Assembly (NCBI GenBank): GCA_030619905.1
Contig: JAUXAO010000003.1
Span: forward strand, 1-52,118
Length of the DNA: 52,118 bases
Direction: 5' to 3'
From: a bacterium
Lineage (GTDB): Bacteria; Patescibacteriota; Minisyncoccia; Minisyncoccales; CG1-02-41-26
Shown: positions 37,056 to 44,459 of the stretch, one piece after another
How positions within the stretch are numbered: position 1 is the first letter of the stretch
Layout of the letters: each line of letters starts with the position of its first letter
The notes under the pieces: model-generated
The model's database searches: none
Told to the model about the DNA's origin: nothing
What the model saw: the letters and a program-made list of their open reading frames with translations, nothing else
Made by a program: the position numbers and the translations under genes

Positions 37056-40040
37056 ATGAATAAGAAAAAAATCCAGCGGATAAATCAAATAATAAAGTCT
37101 GAAAAATATTTTAAAAACAAAGATATAATCTTAGGTTTCCTAAAAGATAGAAACTTAAGATATTATTTCTTAAATAAATTACCTAAGAAGTTTGGCGACT
37201 TACAAGAGATTGAGTTTTTGTTAAAAGGATTAATGAAAGATGAGCGTCCATTTGAATTATTTAAAATTTTAGAAGGAAGCATAAACAAGAAAAATAACAG
37301 GTTTATAATCTCCTTTATTCAGAAGCATTATCAAAAATTAGAAGGACGATTTGGCGATAATATGTTTCAAGAAAAATCTTTAAGAGTTGTTCAAAAGATT
37401 ATTGAACAATATCCTGATATAACTGATGATGTATTCAATTTAGTAAAAAAAGTTTTAAGATTGCGTGGAAATGAATATAAAGAGTTCGAAACTAAAAGAG
37501 CGCATACTGAAGAGAAAAGACTAATATCAGAGTTATTAGGAAAAGTATTTTCTATTTGTAAAAAACAAAAAGAGAACAAAAGAATTGTAGAGATTATTAA
37601 GTTGATAGATAAATATTTTAATTTAGTTGGAGATGATGGACGGTTTGTATTCTATACTCCTAATAATATTTTCAAGATTTTGAAGGATTATATTAATATA
37701 GATTTTGAAAATCATTTTAGAGAAATCATTAATTTTCTCATTACGCAGTATTCTCAAGAATGGAAGAGATACAATAAAAAGATTACCTATAAGGGTTGGG
37801 AATTAATGGGTGGAGGAATATCTCAATCTGGGGATCAATTCTCAATTAGCGAAAGACACTTTATCTCTTATATCTTACAACCAGCATTAGAGAGTTATCA
37901 CGAAAAGAACAAGGAAAAAGCTTGGAGATTTATTATTGACAATTGTATTAGCAGAACAAAAGAAGAAGTTAGCAGAGAGAGGCCAGATTTTTTGAACAGA
38001 TCTACTCTCAGTATCTTATTGAAAGAATACGAAAGTGGGATCCATAGAAAAGAAGCATTTGGGATTCTTTCAGATTTCATAAAAATGCGGAAAGGAATCC
38101 CCTTTAAAGCCGATTTAATTTTCCGAGTGCTAAGGGGATTAAAAATTGACGATGAGGATAAATGGGCACTAATTGAGGTAAGTTTAGATACTTATGACCG
38201 ATTACCAATTAATGTTTTTGTGGAACAGGTTACCACCAACCTTGCAATAAAGGGATATCAAAAAGCCACTGATATTCTACAAGAATGGGCCAAAAATCCT
38301 GAGTATCTTAAACAACAAGGTGGTCTTGGGAAATTTAATATTATTGGTAATATTTCTAAACTTTTAGGCAAAGAATCAACCATTAATGATGGCATTAAAC
38401 TCTTAAGGGACCATCTTTTCTCGGATGCTTTTAAGAATGATTTAGATAGATTTGACACTTTTCAAGTAGGGGAACTAATTGCGTGTGCTATTCAAAATAA
38501 ACCAAATGAGGGATTAAGTATTTTATCTGATATCTATGAAGACCCTGTTTTTACTATTAACCAACAAATTGCGCTTACTAGTAGTATTCGGAATATTGAG
38601 GATAGTAAGATAGAGCTGTTAGTAAAAATTTATAGGGAATTTTTATTACCAGCTTTTGAAGATTTAGGCAGAAATATTGTAAAGATTGAGAAAAAATTCA
38701 ACCATAAATACGCTAGAGAAAATATTGTTGAGTTTGCAAATAAGTTATCCAAGGCAAAGGAGGTTGATAAAGCTTTAGAAATTATCAGAATCTTTATTAA
38801 CGATTCTGATCCTTGCACTCCTGACAAGATTGATCCTGAGGACATTAAAGGTGAATTCGATTATCACAAAAAAATTATCAATGGCGAGGATACTAATATT
38901 ATAACCACCGTTAGGGGTTCATGTGCTTGGGCTTTGATGAACTGTGCGGCTTTAGAAGGTAGAGAATATCTTGAAGAAATTATAAACTTAACGGAAAAAT
39001 TAACACAAGATAAAAACTATTATATTCAATTAATGTCTTATTATCCTTTATCTCAGTTAGCAAGCAATCGGCTCACTGTGATGCCGGAAGACAAAGAAGA
39101 ATTATTCTTTGATAAAGATAAAGAAAAAGCGATGAAAATGGCTAAAAGGGTAGAGAAAATCGCTTTTGATTTATTAGAGAAATTATCTAAGTTAGGTCCG
39201 AAACCAAAAGATGTATTAATGGATGCTCTATTAAGAGTATTTGATCGTATGAAAAGTTTAAATCAAAAAGATACATTAAAATTTATACAAGCTGTTGCTG
39301 AATGCGGAGAAGAAGTTATTGCTGAAGCAGCCCCTCTGTTTATTTACTTTGCTGAATTTAGAGAAAAAGATTTTAAAAATTGGAAATGGAAAATGCCGGG
39401 ATTATATGATGATTTAGAGGACTTTGACGGTAAAGAATTTAAGCGGATATTAAGGGGGGCAATGTTAAAAACTCCTAAAACTAAATCAGCATTCGCTTGG
39501 CATTTCTGGAAGCTTGTCAAAGAGTCCGTGCCAGATAAAGCAAATATAAAAAATGTAGTTAAATACAGCGAAGCATTTAGAATTTCTAACCGACATTTGA
39601 ATATTCTTACGGATAACTATGATCATCAAACATTTAAAAATATTTATTATTTCATTCAGGAGAATATTAATGAGCGATTTGAAGAATGTTATAAACTTTG
39701 GCAGAAGTGTTTAAATAAAGAAAGGCCTATTATGAAGAAATTGGTAAAAGAAAAAAAAGCATATGAAGCATCTTGGTGGCCATTTCATTATAACGGAGAA
39801 ATATTAATGATTGTTAGAGAAAAAGGTGGCGATGGAGAATTCTTAAATTCATTTGAATTTTTACTAGGTTATCCCAAAGAGGCAAATATAGGAGATATAG
39901 ATAAAGTAGTAGAGATTTTACCAACTCTACCGAGTAAATATAATCAACAGGTGGAAAGAATCTTTGATAAACTAATAGATAGAAATCCAGCTTTTTATGA
40001 CACGAAAGAAACCTGGAAGAAAAAGATAAATAGTGAGTAG
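37056..40040 (+). CDS. 994-aa predicted all-helical (HEAT/TPR-like) hypothetical protein
   Basis: Long ORF 11 bp after the nuclease; amphipathic helical pattern; no Walker A found by eye. Confidence 0.6.
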   Translation: MNKKKIQRINQIIKSEKYFKNKDIILGFLKDRNLRYYFLNKLPKKFGDLQEIEFLLKGLMKDERPFELFKILEGSINKKNNRFIISFIQKHYQKLEGRFGDNMFQEKSLRVVQKIIEQYPDITDDVFNLVKKVLRLRGNEYKEFETKRAHTEEKRLISELLGKVFSICKKQKENKRIVEIIKLIDKYFNLVGDDGRFVFYTPNNIFKILKDYINIDFENHFREIINFLITQYSQEWKRYNKKITYKGWELMGGGISQSGDQFSISERHFISYILQPALESYHEKNKEKAWRFIIDNCISRTKEEVSRERPDFLNRSTLSILLKEYESGIHRKEAFGILSDFIKMRKGIPFKADLIFRVLRGLKIDDEDKWALIEVSLDTYDRLPINVFVEQVTTNLAIKGYQKATDILQEWAKNPEYLKQQGGLGKFNIIGNISKLLGKESTINDGIKLLRDHLFSDAFKNDLDRFDTFQVGELIACAIQNKPNEGLSILSDIYEDPVFTINQQIALTSSIRNIEDSKIELLVKIYREFLLPAFEDLGRNIVKIEKKFNHKYARENIVEFANKLSKAKEVDKALEIIRIFINDSDPCTPDKIDPEDIKGEFDYHKKIINGEDTNIITTVRGSCAWALMNCAALEGREYLEEIINLTEKLTQDKNYYIQLMSYYPLSQLASNRLTVMPEDKEELFFDKDKEKAMKMAKRVEKIAFDLLEKLSKLGPKPKDVLMDALLRVFDRMKSLNQKDTLKFIQAVAECGEEVIAEAAPLFIYFAEFREKDFKNWKWKMPGLYDDLEDFDGKEFKRILRGAMLKTPKTKSAFAWHFWKLVKESVPDKANIKNVVKYSEAFRISNRHLNILTDNYDHQTFKNIYYFIQENINERFEECYKLWQKCLNKERPIMKKLVKEKKAYEASWWPFHYNGEILMIVREKGGDGEFLNSFEFLLGYPKEANIGDIDKVVEILPTLPSKYNQQVERIFDKLIDRNPAFYDTKETWKKKINSE

Positions 40041-40093
40041 CAGGGTGAGGTAGATAAAACTAATTTTAAGCTGAAGATAGAATAGAGATAAAT

Positions 40094-40606
40094 ATGACAA
40101 AAGAATCTAAGAAAAATGAGAAAAGAAATTGTCCAGGATGGTTTAGATATAGAGCCTGTGTAATAATATATGATTACAGAAAAAAAATTTTATTAGTAAA
40201 AAGACCTAAAAATAAAAAAGAAGGAGGAGGGAAATGGGCTATTCCTGGAGGTGATGGAGCTTTTGGAAAATCTAAAAATCCTCCAGATTTTGCTAGAAGA
40301 GAAATAGAATTTGACTTAGGAGTTAAAAATAAAAAACTAATTAACACCAAAGAACTGAAAGAATTTAAAACAATTATTGATAAAAACAAATTGTCTTGGA
40401 AAATAACTATGTTTTTTTACTGTAACGGAGATAAATATAAAGATGAAATAGAGGAGAGCAAAAAGAATAACTTAATAAAAGTTGCAGATTGTGATTGGTT
40501 CACAATTAAAGAAATAAAAGAAAAAGAAGAAAAAGAAGAAATAGCTTTTGATAATGCCAAAGTACTTTGTAGATTTTGGGAAGAGATTCTTTCTAATCTT
40601 TGCTAA
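40094..40606 (+). CDS. Nudix-fold protein with a degenerate Nudix box
   Basis: ILLVKR...KWAIPGG...ARREIEFDLGV. Confidence 0.72.
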   Translation: MTKESKKNEKRNCPGWFRYRACVIIYDYRKKILLVKRPKNKKEGGGKWAIPGGDGAFGKSKNPPDFARREIEFDLGVKNKKLINTKELKEFKTIIDKNKLSWKITMFFYCNGDKYKDEIEESKKNNLIKVADCDWFTIKEIKEKEEKEEIAFDNAKVLCRFWEEILSNLC

Positions 40607-40644
40607 GATTGTCGTTCTAGGCATGGGAACACTGGCTCTAAATC

Positions 40645-40672
40645 AAAAAAGCCCATTCGCTGGGCGGTTTTT
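40645..40672 (+). terminator. Intrinsic terminator after the Nudix gene
   Basis: AAAAAA-GCCCA-ttcgc-TGGGC-GGTTTTT. Confidence 0.6.
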
Positions 40673-40697
40673 ATTTAAAACAATGATATAATTAAAG

Positions 40698-41276
40698 ATG
40701 ATGATAGATTTTATAGACGAAGAAATAGAATTTCACAAATCAATATATGGATTATTGGATAGTTTTAGAGTTACCATCGCTGCTCTTAATTATCTACAAA
40801 TTTCACCCTTGGGAGCTAAAAAACAATTTGAGTCATTCCCGTATTTGATAAACTTGCCTTGTTCAGTAACAGATAAGGTTGTAAAAATAGACAAAACTAT
40901 TTTAGATTTAGTTGAAATGGAAGGATTTCAAGGAAAAGTTCCTCTATATTCAAAAACGCTTATAGATTTTTATCGTATTTTTACTATTGCAGTAAAAGAT
41001 ATTCTTTGGGGAGAGCAAGATTTCCAGAAGTTATTAGATAGTCCAGAATTGGAATTTTTACGACACATACGGAATGCTAGTGCACATAATAATTCTTTTT
41101 TTTGGGGGGTTGGCAAAAAACGCATAATTCCTAGTTCTGTTAAATGGAGGACGAAAACAATCGAAGAGTCATTAGAGGGTAAGCCTTTGTATATGGATTT
41201 TATGAAACTAGGAGATTTGTTTGTACTTTTAGCAGATATTTCCAAATTGGCTAATATGAAATTAAACAGGTCCTAA
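40698..41276 (+). CDS. HEPN-domain protein (putative RNase)
   Basis: LRHIRNASAHNN contains Rx4H; extended -10 TGATATAAT 5 nt before the ATG. Confidence 0.6.
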   Translation: MMIDFIDEEIEFHKSIYGLLDSFRVTIAALNYLQISPLGAKKQFESFPYLINLPCSVTDKVVKIDKTILDLVEMEGFQGKVPLYSKTLIDFYRIFTIAVKDILWGEQDFQKLLDSPELEFLRHIRNASAHNNSFFWGVGKKRIIPSSVKWRTKTIEESLEGKPLYMDFMKLGDLFVLLADISKLANMKLNRS

Positions 41277-41297
41277 CATCATTTGTCTCTGAATCTT

Positions 41298-41326
41298 AAA
41301 AAATCCTCCGGATAAGAGGATTTTTT
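41298..41326. terminator. Bidirectional terminator
   Basis: AAAAAATCCTC-cggataa-GAGGATTTTTT. Confidence 0.75.
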
Positions 41327-41340
41327 ATTTCTATTATATC

Positions 41341-41369
41341 TTCACTTCTAGCTCAAACTTTAGATAATT
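41341..41369 (-). repeat. attC-like half-site copy A
   Basis: Minus strand AATTATCTAAAGTTTGAGCTAGAAGTGAA; 24/29 identical to copy B. Confidence 0.6.
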
Positions 41370-41412
41370 TGCGGGATTTCGTCATTCCGCCAGTTTTTGA
41401 GAAGAAATTGTT

Positions 41413-41622
41413 TTATTTTTTATAATCTTCTTTTCTAACTTTGTCTTGCAAAATAACTGAAATTTTTAGATCTGGCACATCCTCTGTTTTTAAGCTATTA
41501 AATTCATTTAGTAATTCTTCATTGCTTAATATAGTTTCTATCTCCTTATCATTTAGAATTCCTACTGCTTTAAAATACCAGTATATTTCATCAATATTTA
41601 TTTTTTGATTCCCTTTTTTCAT
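41413..41622 (-). CDS. Small hypothetical protein (69 aa)
   Basis: ORF between repeat copies B and A. Confidence 0.55.
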   Translation of the reverse strand: MKKGNQKINIDEIYWYFKAVGILNDKEIETILSNEELLNEFNSLKTEDVPDLKISVILQDKVRKEDYKK

Positions 41623-41639
41623 TTTATTTTTATTAGACT

Positions 41640-41668
41640 TTCACTTCTAACTAAAACCTCAGATAGTT
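41640..41668 (-). repeat. attC-like half-site copy B
   Basis: Minus strand AACTATCTGAGGTTTTAGTTAGAAGTGAA; ends 17 nt before the ATG at 41622. Confidence 0.6.
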
Positions 41669-41707
41669 ATTGGAGCATTGTCCGTGGTCTTTCAAAACTT
41701 AAACACG

Positions 41708-42046
41708 CTAGAGAAATAGAAAGATTAGCAAACCAATTAAAGAAGAAATGAAAACAATCCACAAGATTCCACCTAATTCGTAGAGCCAATTACCTATTTC
41801 TCTAATCGTTCCTTTTGCTTTTATCTTATTGTCGGTTTCAGAGAAGTAACTAATTAAAAAGCCGATTAAAATTAAGACCCCAGTAACCACACAGATGTAT
41901 ATTAAATACCTCTGAATTGTTTCTTCTGTTATTCCAGTCAAGAAATGAATGGCCAATCCACCAATTATAATTGGGATTAGGATAATTGAGGCTCCGAATA
42001 GGGAATCTCCGAATCCTTCTAAAAAGCTTTTAATTACACCTTTCAT
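41708..42046 (-). CDS. Small membrane protein (about 3 TM)
   Basis: Three hydrophobic segments; lies between repeat copies C and B. Confidence 0.65.
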   Translation of the reverse strand: MKGVIKSFLEGFGDSLFGASIILIPIIIGGLAIHFLTGITEETIQRYLIYICVVTGVLILIGFLISYFSETDNKIKAKGTIREIGNWLYELGGILWIVFISSLIGLLIFLFL

Positions 42047-42063
42047 AAGTTTGTTATGTTATT

Positions 42064-42090
42064 TTAACCTCTAACTCGAACTTAAATGTT
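42064..42090 (-). repeat. attC-like half-site copy C
   Basis: Minus strand AACATTTAAGTTCGAGTTAGAGGTTAA; last 18 nt 14/18 identical to both A and B; ends 17 nt before the ATG at 42046. Confidence 0.5.
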
Positions 42091-42369
42091 GTATTGCACT
42101 CTAAACTATAAAATGTTGTAGCTTCTTCAGTTCTCCATTGTGACTATTTTATTCTTTTTTTATCTTGTTTTCAAGCTTTTTTGTTTTGTCATCGAACATA
42201 AGACTGCCATTATGTAATAGGAATGCATATCATTATACTCACTTCTATTTTAATGACTTTTTTTATTTGATTCTGGGTTATTTTGTCTGGAGATTAAAAG
42301 AAAAAGAAAGATGGAAATTTTTGGACTTCTGGCCTATAATAGTAAGCAATTAATGATTATCAATAGACA

Positions 42370-43080
42370 ATGCTTTCAATTATTATTCCTGCCTTAAATG
42401 AGGAAAATTATTTGCCTCGGCTTCTTGATTGTTTAAAAAAACAAAACTTCAAAAATTACGAGATAATTGTTGCCGATGCTGATTCAAAAGACAAGACGAG
42501 AGAAATCGCTCAAACTTTCGGTTGCAAGACTGTAAAAGGAGGATTACCAGCTAAAGGAAGAAATGAAGGAGTAAAGATAGCCAAAGGAGATCTATTTTTG
42601 TTTTTAGATGGTGATGCTCTTTTGCCGGAAGATTTTTTAGAAAAAACTTTAAAAGAATTTAAAGAAAGGAATTTAGATGTTGCTAGTTTTGTTTTAACTC
42701 CGATATCTGAAAGAAAGTATCCTAAGATTCTATTTAATATTTTTTACAATTATCCATTGCGATTTTTTGAAAAAAGATGGGCTCATGCAATGATAGCGAT
42801 ATTGGTGAAAAATGATCTACATGAATCTTTAAAGGGTTTTGATGAAGAAATAAAGGTGGGCGAGGACCATTATTATGTTCAGCAGGGTTCTAAACTTGGA
42901 AAATTCGGAGTGATAAAAACAACAGAGATTTTTACGTCATTAAGAAGGTTTCAGAGAGAAGGATGGATCAGACTTGGACTCAAATATGGTCTGGGCGAAC
43001 TCTATATGAAGATTTGTGGGCCGATTAAAAAAGAGATTTTCAAATATGAATTTGATTATCCTAAAGATGAAAAATCTTAA
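42370..43080 (+). CDS. Glycosyltransferase family 2
   Basis: LSIIIPALNEE, IIVADADSKD, LFLDGD, GFDE...EDH. Confidence 0.92.
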   Translation: MLSIIIPALNEENYLPRLLDCLKKQNFKNYEIIVADADSKDKTREIAQTFGCKTVKGGLPAKGRNEGVKIAKGDLFLFLDGDALLPEDFLEKTLKEFKERNLDVASFVLTPISERKYPKILFNIFYNYPLRFFEKRWAHAMIAILVKNDLHESLKGFDEEIKVGEDHYYVQQGSKLGKFGVIKTTEIFTSLRRFQREGWIRLGLKYGLGELYMKICGPIKKEIFKYEFDYPKDEKS

Positions 43081-43099
43081 CTAGTTACCAGGTAATCAT

Positions 43100-44419
43100 A
43101 TGAATAAAGAAAAACTGAAACGATTCTTTTCTCAAGAAGTTAAATTTCCAAAATTTCATTTTCCTTTTAAGTCTTTAATTTTTTTGTTTGTTATTATTCT
43201 GATTTCTTCTTTTTTCGGCTTCTTGGCCGGAACTTTTTCTCTGATTTATTATTCTGAGATAAGAGATTATCTTTCAGAACCAGAAGACGAACAAATTTTA
43301 CCTCAAGACTCTGATTATATTCCACAGACCTCTCAAGAAAAGGCAATAATTGATGTGGTTGAAAAAGTTTCTCCATCGGTAGTCAGTATTATTATTACCA
43401 AAGACTTACCAGTTTTTGAGGAATATTATGGTAATCCTTTTGAAAGATTTGAACAATTTTTTGATGAGCCTTTCTCCGAGTTTAATATTCCTCAATATCG
43501 TGAGAAAGGTACCCAAAAACAAGAGATCGGGGGAGGAACCGGATTTATCATTTCTGAAGATGGAATGATTTTAACTAATAGGCATGTTGTTCAAGATGAG
43601 GAGGCTGATTATACGATTTTAACCAATGACGGAGAAAGATTTCCAGCTTTGGTTCTGGCTCGCGATCCAATCCAAGATTTAGCTGTTCTTGAAATCGACA
43701 TGGATAAAATAATTTCTGAACAAGATGATTTTCTTCAAGAACATTTTCCTATAGTTAGACTTGGCGATTCTTCAAATTTACAAATCGGCCAGACAGTTAT
43801 TGCTATTGGCAATGCTTTAGGAGAATTTCGAAATACTATTTCAGTTGGAGTTATTTCTGGATTAGGGCGAACGATTACAGCTTCCGGAGAAGGAATAATT
43901 GAAACATTAGAAGATGTTATCCAGACAGACGCAGCTATAAACAGAGGAAACTCCGGAGGTCCTCTTTTAAATCTTAAAGGAGAAGTGATTGGTGTTAATG
44001 TAGCCATGGCCCAGGAAGCCCAGAATATTGGTTTTAGCATACCTATTAATAAAGCAAAGAAAGACATTGAGCAGGTTAAGACGCTTGGTAAAATCGTCTA
44101 TCCTTTTTTAGGGGTGAGATATGTTCTAGTAACTTCGGAGATCCAGGAAGAAAAAAACCTTTCAGTTGATTATGGCGCTTTAATTGTTAAGGGAGATAAT
44201 CTTGGTGAAACTGCCATCACTTCTGGTTCAGCTGCTGAAAAAGCCGGTCTTCAGGAATCTGATATAATTTTAGAACTTAATGGAGAAAGAATTACTCTTC
44301 AGAATTCTTTGGCTAAAATTATTCAAAAATACAACCCCGAAGACAAAGTAGTTTTGAAAATTTTAAGAGGAGAAGAAGAAAAAATAATAGAAGTAACTTT
44401 AGGAGAACGCACTTGGTAA
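43100..44419 (+). CDS. htrA: HtrA/DegP-like serine protease with PDZ domain and N-terminal TM
   Basis: Catalytic triad TNRHVV, DLAVL, GNSGGPL; C-terminal PDZ. Confidence 0.92.
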   Translation: MNKEKLKRFFSQEVKFPKFHFPFKSLIFLFVIILISSFFGFLAGTFSLIYYSEIRDYLSEPEDEQILPQDSDYIPQTSQEKAIIDVVEKVSPSVVSIIITKDLPVFEEYYGNPFERFEQFFDEPFSEFNIPQYREKGTQKQEIGGGTGFIISEDGMILTNRHVVQDEEADYTILTNDGERFPALVLARDPIQDLAVLEIDMDKIISEQDDFLQEHFPIVRLGDSSNLQIGQTVIAIGNALGEFRNTISVGVISGLGRTITASGEGIIETLEDVIQTDAAINRGNSGGPLLNLKGEVIGVNVAMAQEAQNIGFSIPINKAKKDIEQVKTLGKIVYPFLGVRYVLVTSEIQEEKNLSVDYGALIVKGDNLGETAITSGSAAEKAGLQESDIILELNGERITLQNSLAKIIQKYNPEDKVVLKILRGEEEKIIEVTLGERTW

Positions 44420-44422
44420 TAT

Positions 44423-44451
44423 TTGACTTTTTTATATTTCTTATTCATAAT
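44423..44451 (+). promoter_or_regulatory. sigma70-type promoter of clpB
   Basis: TTGACT, 17 bp, CATAAT; ATG 8 nt downstream. Confidence 0.6.
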
Positions 44452-44459
44452 CAATTTGT

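Noticed and set aside
40062-40082. Fourth attC-like motif (TTTAAGCTGAAGATAGAA) before the Nudix gene
   Set aside because: Only 13/18 to copy C, core is GATAGAA rather than GTT, and the background is AT-rich; not distinguishable from chance by eye.
42060-42150. Minus-strand reading QWRTEEATTFYSLECNTTFKFELEV resembling an FN3 strand of the first protein
   Set aside because: No start codon, preceded by a stop, short, and overlapping repeat copy C; probably chance. The 42165-42353 ORF is also unsupported.
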